Below are positions 19,019 to 28,624 of a DNA stretch of 64,000 bases, one piece after another (positions within the stretch are counted from its first letter, which is position 1; each line of letters opens with the position of its first letter). Source of the DNA: an uncultured Chloroflexota bacterium (GTDB lineage Bacteria; Chloroflexota; Anaerolineae; Anaerolineales; Anaerolineaceae). The notes under the pieces were generated by a model. The model saw only the letters and a program-made list of their open reading frames with translations. It was not told the origin of the DNA and searched no databases. The position numbers and the translations under genes are program-made. The stretch is taken from NCBI GenBank assembly GCA_902786265.1, contig CADACE010000025.1, positions 4,950-68,949 on the forward strand. The letters run 5' to 3'.

Positions 19019-20476
19019 ATGGAAAAGAACTTTCGATTTTATCTTTTAGTGATCCTGCTTGGCCTGATCCTGTCAGGATGCCAGATGCTGCCTGTTTTCC
19101 AGATCACTCCTGTGCCGCTGGAAACAGAGACACCGCAGCTCAGTTTGAACCAGATTACTGATATTCCGACTTTGCCGCCTGTTACGTCTACACCGACGCC
19201 CTCCGTCGGGAGTTTTGTCAATTATGTGGAACCGGGCGATATTTTCATTCAGGTTAAAGAAGAAAAACTGCCGGAAAGACCCTTTCAGGAGGTCGTGCTT
19301 TTTGGCACTGTCAAAGAATTTACTTTGCAGACAGATGCCTGGGGATATGTAACAGGTACCGGCGGCTTTACGATGGAACATCATTCCGGTACGGAATTTT
19401 CGGTCAATTGTGATGATTTCTGCTTTTATATAGATGCCCATAAGAACCTTGTGTCGTCTGTGAAACTGGTGGAAGGCAGCGAAGTTATGGTTTTTGGAGC
19501 TTCCTCGGAAGAAGTGACAGAGATCAACGCGGATCTTATCGCTATTCATGTGATCCGGGAGGATCCTGTGCCGCAGGAGGCCAACGTAAGCGGTTTCCCG
19601 GCCAATATGACGTATACAGAATATGAGCTGGAGAGCTTTCCGACTCTGAACCCGATTTCCATCCGGGCAGCCGACGCGACCTCTACACCTTTACCGACAG
19701 CCACTGAAGAGGTAACTGAAGATCCTTATGGATATTCGGAAAATTATGACACTTATGGATATGATTATTATTGGTATCGTCCAACTTCCACACCAAATCG
19801 TCCCCAGCGTACGCCGACACCGGATGAGACCGGCACACCGGTACCCACACCGACACTGACACTGGATGAACATCTGAGCGGCAGATATAATCACTCCCTG
19901 GAAGACCGTACCGATTTTAAATACGGAATGTATGGCGAAGAGTATTCCGCTTATATTGAATATGATCAGGAATTGAACCGGGATCCCTCCCATCCGACAC
20001 GGGCTGATATGGTCGTGACTTCAAACGGCTTTGACTTTACGGACTTCTGGTTCCCCTATGTTGAGAACCCGATGTTCACCAACTGGGGTGTGATCTGTTC
20101 CGGCGGCGACTGGTATCTTTCATTCCGCCTGACGGTTGACATCAATCCTGATCCCGGAGTCACGGATCTGATTTATTCAGACCGGACGATCCGCAGCCAG
20201 CAGAATTACGATAAATCCAAAGGATATATCAGAAGTTTTGGTTATTCCATTTTTAACAGACAGCTGTTTTATTTTTATGAAAAAGAAGACGGTTACGGTA
20301 TATCCCTGAATTATCAGGACTATGATTTGGGCTTTGATGATATTCCTTTCGGATATGTAGCGGATTATGCGGAACTTGCGCCTTTCTATTCGGATGACCT
20401 GATCACTTTCTTCGGGCACCGCGGCGACAAATGGTATTATGTGGAAATCAACAGCCCCAATCAGCTGTATTATTAG
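19019..20476 (+). CDS. Hypothetical lipoprotein with Pro/Thr-rich linkers
   Basis: Lipobox ILSGC; TPTP tracts; TATAAT at 19006-11 only 7 nt upstream of ATG. Confidence 0.75.
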   Translation: MEKNFRFYLLVILLGLILSGCQMLPVFQITPVPLETETPQLSLNQITDIPTLPPVTSTPTPSVGSFVNYVEPGDIFIQVKEEKLPERPFQEVVLFGTVKEFTLQTDAWGYVTGTGGFTMEHHSGTEFSVNCDDFCFYIDAHKNLVSSVKLVEGSEVMVFGASSEEVTEINADLIAIHVIREDPVPQEANVSGFPANMTYTEYELESFPTLNPISIRAADATSTPLPTATEEVTEDPYGYSENYDTYGYDYYWYRPTSTPNRPQRTPTPDETGTPVPTPTLTLDEHLSGRYNHSLEDRTDFKYGMYGEEYSAYIEYDQELNRDPSHPTRADMVVTSNGFDFTDFWFPYVENPMFTNWGVICSGGDWYLSFRLTVDINPDPGVTDLIYSDRTIRSQQNYDKSKGYIRSFGYSIFNRQLFYFYEKEDGYGISLNYQDYDLGFDDIPFGYVADYAELAPFYSDDLITFFGHRGDKWYYVEINSPNQLYY

Positions 20477-20489
20477 GCGGCAGAGAATT

Positions 20490-21440
20490 ATGAATAAACC
20501 TGAAATATCTTTGATCATCCCTTTTCTGAATGAGGAGGAAAACCTGCCGCTGATCTGTGCGGCTTTGGAAGAATATCTGCCGGCAGTCGGTGTTCCGGTG
20601 GAAGTCGTGTTTGTAGATGATGGCTCTTCGGATGGCTCCTGTGACTGGCTCAGACAGGCGGAATTTCACAATTTCACCGCGAAACTGGTGAAATTTTCAC
20701 GGAATTTCGGATCCCATCCCGCTGTCCGGGCAGGGTTTATGAATGCCTCCGCACCGAACTGTGTCTGGCTGGGTGCGGATCTGCAGGAACCGCTTGAGAT
20801 CATCGGAGAAGGTTATAAGCGGATACAACAGGGGTATGACCTGGTTCTGGTCCAGAAAAATCAGGTAAAGGTTTCCAAATCGGAAGAAACATTTTCGAGG
20901 ATCTATTCGGCGATGATCCGTAAATGGGCGATCCCGGGATATCCGGAAAAGGGCGTCAACACGATCTTTTTCAATGAAAAGGTCAAAAACGCGCTGAATG
21001 CCAACCCGGAACTGAACTCCTCTGTCGTGCTGCAGGTCATTTCCATGGGGTTTAAACAGACAATTCTGAACATGGACTACCGGGAGCGGGAGCACGGACA
21101 TTCCAAATGGACGTTTGGGAAAAAGCTGAAGCTTCTGATCGACTCATTTGTGTCTTTTTCCTTTTTCCCGATCCGTATGGTTTCCGTGCTGGGTTTTGTT
21201 TTTGCTTTTATCGGAGCCCTGATCGCTCTGGATTTGATCGTTGTGAAGATCTTCAATATCCGTCCCGTTACGCTGGGCTGGCCGTCACTGATCTCTGTAC
21301 TGATGATCGGTTTTGGCATTACGAACATTTCCTTGGGCATCATCGCGGAATATCTCTGGCGTACGCTGGACGCTGCACGGGCAAGGCCTGTTTTTATTAT
21401 TGATGAAGTAGAACAGTTAGGCGGGGGAAGCGAAGAATAA
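20490..21440 (+). CDS. GT2 polyprenol-phosphate glycosyltransferase (GtrB/ArnC-like)
   Basis: FVDDGSSDGS, SRNFG, GADLQEP, two C-terminal TM helices, GIIAEYLWR...RPVFII. Confidence 0.9.
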   Translation: MNKPEISLIIPFLNEEENLPLICAALEEYLPAVGVPVEVVFVDDGSSDGSCDWLRQAEFHNFTAKLVKFSRNFGSHPAVRAGFMNASAPNCVWLGADLQEPLEIIGEGYKRIQQGYDLVLVQKNQVKVSKSEETFSRIYSAMIRKWAIPGYPEKGVNTIFFNEKVKNALNANPELNSSVVLQVISMGFKQTILNMDYREREHGHSKWTFGKKLKLLIDSFVSFSFFPIRMVSVLGFVFAFIGALIALDLIVVKIFNIRPVTLGWPSLISVLMIGFGITNISLGIIAEYLWRTLDAARARPVFIIDEVEQLGGGSEE

Positions 21441-21474
21441 ATCTTCCCCGGTTTATCAGATTTCAGGAGAACGA

Positions 21475-22497
21475 ATGGATAAGAAAAAACCTGTCAACAT
21501 AGTGCAAATCGGTTATGGATATTGGGGAACCAATGTTGCCCGCAATATTATGCAGTCGCGGGAGACAAATATGATCGCTTTGTCCGATGCGGTGCCGTCC
21601 CGCCTGACCGCGGCGGAAAATGTTTATGGCTCCGCTATTTCCGAATACACAGCGGATTATGAAAAATATCTCAGTGATCCGAATGTTGATGCTTTTGCCC
21701 TTGTGATCCAGACGGAACCTTCCTTTGAAGTTGCCGAAAAGATATTGAAAGCGGGAAAACATCTTTTCATAGAAAAACCGATGGCTTCGGATGCTGCCCG
21801 CGCGGAAGAGCTGACGCGGCTGGCGCATGAGAACAACGTTATTCTGCATACAGATCACATCATGATCTTCCATCCCATCATCCAGTATATCAAAAAGATG
21901 TACGATGACGGCGTTCTGGGTGATCTGATCTATTTTGATATTTCCCGAATGAATCTGGGTCCGATCCGCAAAGACGTCAATGCCATGATGGATCTGGCGG
22001 TTCATGACCTGGCGGTCATCGATTATATCTCGGGCGGGAAGGAACCTTACCATGTGGAAGCGATCGGGGAAAAGCATTACGGTTCCCAGGAAACACTGAC
22101 CTACCTGACGCTGAAATATGACGGTTTCCTCGCTCATATCAAATCAAGCTGGATATCTCCCATCAAGGAGCGCCGGACGATGATCGGCGGTACGAAAAAG
22201 ATGGTGATCTTCGACGATATGAAAACCATGGACAAGCTCACGATTTTCGATCAGGGCATCATTGAGACCGGGGAAGAATACGGCGCGTATGAATTCAAAG
22301 CCCGTTCCGGTGATATCACCATCCCTTATATTCCTCAGGAAGACGCCCTGCGCAACAGCATTGAACATTTCGCCGGCTGTATCCGTGACGGTCATGAATC
22401 TCTGGCAAATGGTGAACAGGGCATAAAAGTGATCCGTATTCTGGATCGCGCAAAAGAGAAATTAGCTGCCAGCAGTCAAAAGACAGTAGTGAGCTAA
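21475..22497 (+). CDS. Gfo/Idh/MocA NAD-dependent oxidoreductase (sugar-nucleotide)
   Basis: GYGYWG, EKPMA, DLAVHD. Confidence 0.9.
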   Translation: MDKKKPVNIVQIGYGYWGTNVARNIMQSRETNMIALSDAVPSRLTAAENVYGSAISEYTADYEKYLSDPNVDAFALVIQTEPSFEVAEKILKAGKHLFIEKPMASDAARAEELTRLAHENNVILHTDHIMIFHPIIQYIKKMYDDGVLGDLIYFDISRMNLGPIRKDVNAMMDLAVHDLAVIDYISGGKEPYHVEAIGEKHYGSQETLTYLTLKYDGFLAHIKSSWISPIKERRTMIGGTKKMVIFDDMKTMDKLTIFDQGIIETGEEYGAYEFKARSGDITIPYIPQEDALRNSIEHFAGCIRDGHESLANGEQGIKVIRILDRAKEKLAASSQKTVVS

Positions 22498-22553
22498 TGC
22501 TCAGCAATGTATATGCTTGTCAGGCGTAAACAGCTGTTTATTTATGATAAAAT

Positions 22554-22820
22554 ATGATGGTTGGGTATTGGAACAGTTCCGTTTCGCGTATTCGTTTCTT
22601 AAAAACAGCAGAGGAAGTTGATATTGACATTACCGGAACCGGATCAGGAAAAAAAGTTTTTAATCTTCCCGAAAATTGCTGCGGTGATAGTCTCTTTAAG
22701 CCAATGTCAAAGCAGGATATCTTTATGGAATTGACTGAAGCGAGAGAATGTCATGCTAAAGGAGACTATCAGGATTTTGTTGAAGCATTGAATGAAATTT
22801 CACGGAAGTATGGTTTATAA
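22554..22820 (+). CDS. Small antitoxin-like protein (start uncertain)
   Basis: C-terminus ELTEARECHAKGDYQDFVEALNEISRKYGL resembles antitoxins upstream of RelE/ParE; AT-rich insert. Confidence 0.45.
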   Translation: MMVGYWNSSVSRIRFLKTAEEVDIDITGTGSGKKVFNLPENCCGDSLFKPMSKQDIFMELTEARECHAKGDYQDFVEALNEISRKYGL

Positions 22821-22854
22821 AGTCATTGCATTGCTTTCGGTAAAAAATTATTAG
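22810..22854 (+). pseudogene. Truncated RelE/ParE-like toxin 5' stub
   Basis: Overlapping ATG gives MVYKVIALLSVKNY* (MxYKVI is a typical RelE/ParE N-terminus). Confidence 0.4.
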
Positions 22855-22947
22855 ATATATTCAACTTAAAGTTGTTGCTTTAAATAACAGGATTATGAAT
22901 TGACATTTGAGGAATCCAAAATATCAGGATCAGAAAGAGAACGAAAA

Positions 22948-24192
22948 ATGACATATCGAAAAGTACCGATCATGAAACCTTATTTTGATGAGGAAGAGGC
23001 CAAAGCCGCGGCGGAAGCTCTGGCTTCCGGCTGGGTGGCGCAGGGTCCCCGTGTCGCTGAGTTTGAAAAAGCTGTTGCTGCCCATGAAGGCTGCGCCTTT
23101 GGTGTTGCCACAACGAACTGTACCACTGCGCTGCATCTGTTGATGGTGGCGATGGGATTTGGTCCCGGTCAGGACGTGATCGTCCCTTCCTTTACCTTTG
23201 TCGCGACAGGAAACGCGGTGGAGTATACCGGCGCTGCCGCTGTGCTGGCAGATGTCGACCCAGTCACATTCAATATTAATGTCAGCCTGCTGGACGATTT
23301 CGTTGCGGAACGTTATGCGTTTCGGGACGGAAAATGGATCAATAAAAAGACCGGGAACCGGCTGAGCGGCATTGTCCCTGTGAATGAATTCGGGCTTTGC
23401 GCGGATATCCCGGCAGTGAATGATTTCGCCAAACGTTACGGCGGGCTGAAGGTCATTGAAGATTCAGCCTGTGCGCTCGGAGCGAAAATCGGAGATACCC
23501 ATCAGGGCGGATTCGGAAATCCCTCCGCGGTCAGTTTCCACCCGCGGAAATCCATCTCAACCGGTGAAGGGGGCATGGCCCTGATCAATGATCCGGAGCT
23601 CGCGGAACACGTGCGTATTTTACGTTCCCATGCTGCTTCTGTTTCCGAAGTTCAGCGCAATGCCGGAAAAGGCTATCTGCTGCCGGAATACAACGAGCTT
23701 GGTTTCAACTACCGCATGACGGATATCCAGGGAGCGATCGGATGTGCCCAGATGAAAAAGCTCGATTTTATCGCTGCCCGGCGCGCGGAACTGGCACACC
23801 GCTATGACAGGCTGCTGCCGGATGCCGTACCCTGGGTGCGGACGCCGTTTGTCCCGGAAGGATATACACACATCTATCAAACCTACTGCACCATGGTCAT
23901 CCCGGAAGCTGTCAAATGTAAGACAGTCGATGAGGCGAATGCCTTCCGCAACGAATGGATGGACCGTCTGGAACAGGCCGGGATCGCTACCCGTCAGGGA
24001 ACACATGCGCTGCATACACTGGGATATTATGTGAACAAGTATGGTTACCGGCATGAAGATCTGCCCGGTGCCTATGCCTGCGACCGGCTGAGCCTTGCCA
24101 TCCCGCTTTATGTGGAAATGACGGAAGAAGATCAGGATTATGTAATTGAGCAGATGGCGGAAATCGCTGCAGATATGTTGAAAAATGAATAA
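22948..24192 (+). CDS. DegT/DnrJ/EryC1/StrS aminotransferase
   Basis: TNCTTALH, PSFTFVAT, IEDSACALG, SFHPRKSISTGEGG, GFNYRM. Confidence 0.93.
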   Translation: MTYRKVPIMKPYFDEEEAKAAAEALASGWVAQGPRVAEFEKAVAAHEGCAFGVATTNCTTALHLLMVAMGFGPGQDVIVPSFTFVATGNAVEYTGAAAVLADVDPVTFNINVSLLDDFVAERYAFRDGKWINKKTGNRLSGIVPVNEFGLCADIPAVNDFAKRYGGLKVIEDSACALGAKIGDTHQGGFGNPSAVSFHPRKSISTGEGGMALINDPELAEHVRILRSHAASVSEVQRNAGKGYLLPEYNELGFNYRMTDIQGAIGCAQMKKLDFIAARRAELAHRYDRLLPDAVPWVRTPFVPEGYTHIYQTYCTMVIPEAVKCKTVDEANAFRNEWMDRLEQAGIATRQGTHALHTLGYYVNKYGYRHEDLPGAYACDRLSLAIPLYVEMTEEDQDYVIEQMAEIAADMLKNE

Positions 24193-24210
24193 TTTTTCAG
24201 AAGAATAAAA

Positions 24211-25701
24211 TTATTCATCTGAGCGTTTGATCCTGACTGTATTTTTGTAGTAATAAGCACTCATATACTGATTTCGCCAGTCTTCAGGGAATGGGGTGAT
24301 ATCATCGAAGAAAAATAAATTCGGACGGGGATATGGGTACGACCTGAGAATGGGATCTGTGATATCCGGATCTTTCAGGACTTCCAATCTTTGGTTAAAC
24401 ACATGTTTGTAAGTACCCATTTCACCGTTTCTGTAGCTTCTCACCGCTTCTGCTGATACCATACGGCGATTGAGGTGCGGATCGGCTGAGCTGATTACAA
24501 AGATGAGCAAAACAGCAAGAAGGAAACAAACATTTACATTTTGTTTCGCATAAAATTTCTTCGGAATGATATTTTTCCGCTGAAGCCATCCCAGAAAGTA
24601 AAAGATATTAAACGGAATTAATAACACCATCCAATAAAAATTCAGGTTCTGGCTTCGTCCATAACCGGGATGGGAAAGAGCATAAACAGGCGGACAGTTC
24701 ATTGAGGCAAAAAAACCGAATGAAAAAAGCAAGGTCAGAAGGGGAAATCTAAAGGAATGATCAGTCTCTTCTGCAATTTTCCAAAAAACCGGGATCAAAA
24801 ATAAATATAAAGAAAGAACCGGGATTATATTCCAGCTTTTCAATTGGAAAAGGGCATATCGGATCGAATAATTAATTGTCATTAAAACGCTGTTCCTGAT
24901 TTCCTGGCTTTGCCGTATGGCATTACCGGGTGCCGTGACATTGAAATAAAAAGAAACAGCAAACACAACAGCAGGTAAGATCAATAATTTCAGACGTTTT
25001 GAATCATGTTTAATAACCGGATACAGCAAAAGAGCTGATATCAATATCGTCGCAGATAGTGCCGTTACGTAATTGCTGAATCCGACAGCCGCGCATAACA
25101 GGCAGATCAGAATCTGTTTGAAAAACATATTTGATTTGTCAGGGTCCAGCTGGATATCAATCAGCAAAGAGAACAGTATCAGCGACAGCCCATGGAAAAA
25201 TGTATAATAGACTGCCCCTGTATACCAGTAAAAAGCTTCTACAGGCGAAAAGACAAACTGCGTGCAGCCGATCAGAAGTGTCAGACTTATGATCAGGCGA
25301 AGCGTGAATGATTTTGTAAAAAATCTGAAAAGACTGTTAATAAATCTGATTGTTCCGAAAATCAGCGGAATCAGCATAATATATGGGACAAGAACATAAT
25401 ATTGTTCTCCAAAAGCGGCAGGCAGCAGTGCAAACATAAAAACAGCACTGATCGTTCCCTGCCATTCCATATAAATGGTTTTTGTATGTTCTGCCGCGCT
25501 TTTGAGAATATCTATGATCCCGCCCCCGTTCATGACTGCATCATGGACCGGTTTCCCGTTTCGAAAGTCATCAACAGAGGGTACATTCCATTTCGCTATA
25601 TAAAGCATCGGAAAAAGAAGCAGGCAAAACACAACGATCATAATAATCAGGAGCGTTTTATAGGAAATTGAAATATTGAATAATTTATTGAAAATCTTCA
25701 T
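24211..25701 (-). CDS. DUF6056-like polytopic membrane protein (putative GT-C), paralog 1
   Basis: KWNVPSVDDF, YMEWQG, EAFYWYTGAVYY, APGNAIR; many TM segments. Confidence 0.75.
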   Translation of the reverse strand: MKIFNKLFNISISYKTLLIIMIVVFCLLLFPMLYIAKWNVPSVDDFRNGKPVHDAVMNGGGIIDILKSAAEHTKTIYMEWQGTISAVFMFALLPAAFGEQYYVLVPYIMLIPLIFGTIRFINSLFRFFTKSFTLRLIISLTLLIGCTQFVFSPVEAFYWYTGAVYYTFFHGLSLILFSLLIDIQLDPDKSNMFFKQILICLLCAAVGFSNYVTALSATILISALLLYPVIKHDSKRLKLLILPAVVFAVSFYFNVTAPGNAIRQSQEIRNSVLMTINYSIRYALFQLKSWNIIPVLSLYLFLIPVFWKIAEETDHSFRFPLLTLLFSFGFFASMNCPPVYALSHPGYGRSQNLNFYWMVLLIPFNIFYFLGWLQRKNIIPKKFYAKQNVNVCFLLAVLLIFVISSADPHLNRRMVSAEAVRSYRNGEMGTYKHVFNQRLEVLKDPDITDPILRSYPYPRPNLFFFDDITPFPEDWRNQYMSAYYYKNTVRIKRSDE

Positions 25702-25885
25702 TAAGCTCCTGTTTTAGAATAAGTCCGGCTTCCCTGCAAACTTTGTACAATGTTCGCGGAGCGAAATAATTGTGCCGGCTCCGGGCTTCCGCAGAAAGAT
25801 GAATGTCACTGCGGTCCGGAACCGGACCCTGATCAGGCAAATGATGAAAACCGGTAAGAGACTGCTCCATGACCGATAATTTTGT

Positions 25886-27403
25886 CTATTCTCCCAAAGA
25901 TAATTCTTCGGGGTAAGCCAGCCGGACTGAATTTTTGTGATAATAATCACTCATAGAGGTGTTCAGCCAATAATCCGGGTAATACGTAATATCGTCAAAG
26001 AAGAAAATGTATGGGCGCGGGTAGGGAAAAGGACGGAGCAGGGGATTGGTCACGTCAGGATCTCTCAATATTTCCAACCGCTGATTGTATACGTGTTTAT
26101 ACAATCCCATTTCTCCGCTGAAGTAACTCTTGACCGCTGATAATGAAACCATGGGGTGATTTATCGGGAGGTTCACTGCACCGTAAATAAAGAACGCCGA
26201 TACGAGGAGAAAGTAACAAAGGTTCATCTGTTTTGGCACCCTTTTGTCAGAGCTCTTTATTACTTTGCGCTGCAGGAAGCCAAACCAGTAGAAAATATTG
26301 ACCGGGATAAGGATCATCATCCAGTAGAAACTCAGGTTCTGGCTGCGGCCGTACCCGGATCTGGAAATCGTATAAAAAGTCGGGGCATTCATGGAAGACA
26401 GCAGGCAGTATGAATAAAGTGTCAGAAGCCAAGGGAATTTAAAGGAATAGTCAGCTTCAGCCGCGATTTTCCACAGGAGCGGACACAACAGCAAATACAA
26501 GGCTATAACCGGAAGTGTATTCCAGCGTTTCAGCTGAAATAACGCATACCCGAAGGATGAATAAACAGCTTGAAAGATCGTGCTTTTTGCGTTTTGACTT
26601 TGCCGGACCGCATTCCCCGGCGCTGTTATGTTCAGATAAAAAGCGGCCGCAAAAAACAGGATCGGAAGGATCATCTTTTTGCACAGCATTTTATCCCCGC
26701 GCAGGAACAAAAATACAAACAGGGAAACAAAAAGGATCGCGGTCGTCAGTGCAGTCACAAAATTACTGAAGCCGACCATGAAACCTAAAAAACAGATAGC
26801 TATGAGGGCTGCCGTATGTTTTGGGTTGTTTTTCTCTCTGTCTGTGTTTGTCAGCACTTTTATAATCAGAGCATACAGGATAAGCGAAATACCAAAGAAA
26901 AAAGTGTATAGAATGGCACCGGAATACCAGTACAGACCTTCAACGGGGGAATGCAGAAATTGCGTACACCCGATCAGGAGTATGATCGATATGATCAAAG
27001 CATCCCTTTTATTTATATTGAATAAACCGAAAAGCATGCGGGTGAAGCAGCATATTCCGATCATCAAAGGGATCAGCATGATGTAAGGGACAAGAAAATA
27101 ATATTTTTCATCGAAGGCTATCGGTTGAATCGCTTCGAGGAAAATAGCGCTGGAAGTTCCCTGCCAGTTGAAATAATAGTATTTTGTATAATCAAAAGCA
27201 GCGCGGATAATTTCGCTCAGATTTCCGTTGTTCATGACCACATCGTGCACATATTTTGCATTTCTGTAGTCGTCAGCAGAAGGTATATTCCATTTCGCGG
27301 TATAAAAAATCGGACATAAAAGCAGGATAAAAAGAATTAATAACAGGATCAGTATCGTTCTGTAAGAAATTGTGTACGAGTACAGTTTCTTAAATGTATT
27401 CAT
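25886..27403 (-). CDS. DUF6056-like putative GT-C, paralog 2
   Basis: KWNIPSADDY, YFNWQG, EGLYWYSGAILY, APGNAVR. Confidence 0.75.
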   Translation of the reverse strand: MNTFKKLYSYTISYRTILILLLILFILLLCPIFYTAKWNIPSADDYRNAKYVHDVVMNNGNLSEIIRAAFDYTKYYYFNWQGTSSAIFLEAIQPIAFDEKYYFLVPYIMLIPLMIGICCFTRMLFGLFNINKRDALIISIILLIGCTQFLHSPVEGLYWYSGAILYTFFFGISLILYALIIKVLTNTDREKNNPKHTAALIAICFLGFMVGFSNFVTALTTAILFVSLFVFLFLRGDKMLCKKMILPILFFAAAFYLNITAPGNAVRQSQNAKSTIFQAVYSSFGYALFQLKRWNTLPVIALYLLLCPLLWKIAAEADYSFKFPWLLTLYSYCLLSSMNAPTFYTISRSGYGRSQNLSFYWMMILIPVNIFYWFGFLQRKVIKSSDKRVPKQMNLCYFLLVSAFFIYGAVNLPINHPMVSLSAVKSYFSGEMGLYKHVYNQRLEILRDPDVTNPLLRPFPYPRPYIFFFDDITYYPDYWLNTSMSDYYHKNSVRLAYPEELSLGE

Positions 27404-27461
27404 TTATCCGAGGGATTCCTTTAAAAAAATTTTTTTGAGTCATTCTGTTGTTGTTTTGAAT

Positions 27462-28571
27462 TCAAAACAGGTTTAATTTCTTGCCGACTTCGTACAGCGT
27501 ACGCAGCGCGTAATAATTACGCCAGTTCCAGGCTTCAACGGAAAGATGGATGCCATCGCGGCTCGGATCCAGGCCCTGGTTGGGGAGATATTGCGAAATT
27601 GCCCAGAAGTTATAAAACGGGATGTCAAAATCTCTGGCGACCTGGGCTGTGGTCTCGTTGATGCTGTTGTCCCCTTCCACGTTGTCCGCCTTTGAGGAAA
27701 GGATCGGCAGAATGCCGTGATCCAGCAGGGTCCGCACGATGTCGGAAAGGTATTCATAATAAACATCCATACTCACCCCGGGGATCCAGTTGGAGCCAAG
27801 GTTTACAAACATGATGGATGGGTTATGGATGCGGATCTCGCAGTCCAGCGCGGATTCTCCGCTTTCACAGGCATAGGGATCCGCCCAGATGTTGGTCAGT
27901 GCGGAAGAGACGCTCAAACCGGCATGAACGGAATAACTGATGGTGTCAAAAGAACCTTTGAAAAAGTCGATGGCGGAAACCAGATATTTGTCCTCATCTG
28001 CCAGGCTGTAATAACTTGTGTCATAGATGCCCATAAAAACGCCCGATTCGGAGTGACAGTCACCGATGCGTGATATATAATGCGGATTTGTTCCCAATTC
28101 CTGCACACCGTACCAGTAAATGTCAGCTGCTACATCTGAGATTTCCGGGACAACGGGCCATTGCTGCCAGAGTGAGGCAGACGGACGGGTGTCCGGTGTC
28201 GGATATCCGGGACCCGGCGTACGGGTGACGAAATGGCCGACTTTTCGTGTCTCTACAGGGATCGGGGTTTCGGTAATTTCCGGTGTTGCGGTGTTTTCCG
28301 GAATTACAACGATGGTCTGTGTCGCGGTGGCCTCCGGGGTGTCGCTGGGATCAAAGAAAAGAGAGGTTGTCGGGGTTATCGTCGGAATTTCAGTCGGGAC
28401 TTCGGTAGGGAGCGGTGTTTCGGTCCAGTCTGCCTGAACAGTGCTGTAAATCGATGTGGAAATCATAGCAACTTCCGTCGCCAACCGTTGGTTGGTTTGC
28501 AGCTGGTCCGGTGTATTGCAGGAAGCAATCAGGAGACCTGTAAGAATTACCGCAAAAATATACTTCTTCAT
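27462..28571 (-). CDS. Lipoprotein with Pro/Thr linker and SGNH/GDSL-like domain
   Basis: Lipobox IASC; RIGDCHS, NLGSN, DGIHLS. Confidence 0.75.
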   Translation of the reverse strand: MKKYIFAVILTGLLIASCNTPDQLQTNQRLATEVAMISTSIYSTVQADWTETPLPTEVPTEIPTITPTTSLFFDPSDTPEATATQTIVVIPENTATPEITETPIPVETRKVGHFVTRTPGPGYPTPDTRPSASLWQQWPVVPEISDVAADIYWYGVQELGTNPHYISRIGDCHSESGVFMGIYDTSYYSLADEDKYLVSAIDFFKGSFDTISYSVHAGLSVSSALTNIWADPYACESGESALDCEIRIHNPSIMFVNLGSNWIPGVSMDVYYEYLSDIVRTLLDHGILPILSSKADNVEGDNSINETTAQVARDFDIPFYNFWAISQYLPNQGLDPSRDGIHLSVEAWNWRNYYALRTLYEVGKKLNLF

Positions 28572-28624
28572 AATATTTTTATTGTACCAATAATTAAGAA
28601 AATGGCAGAATAATGCATGCGGGT

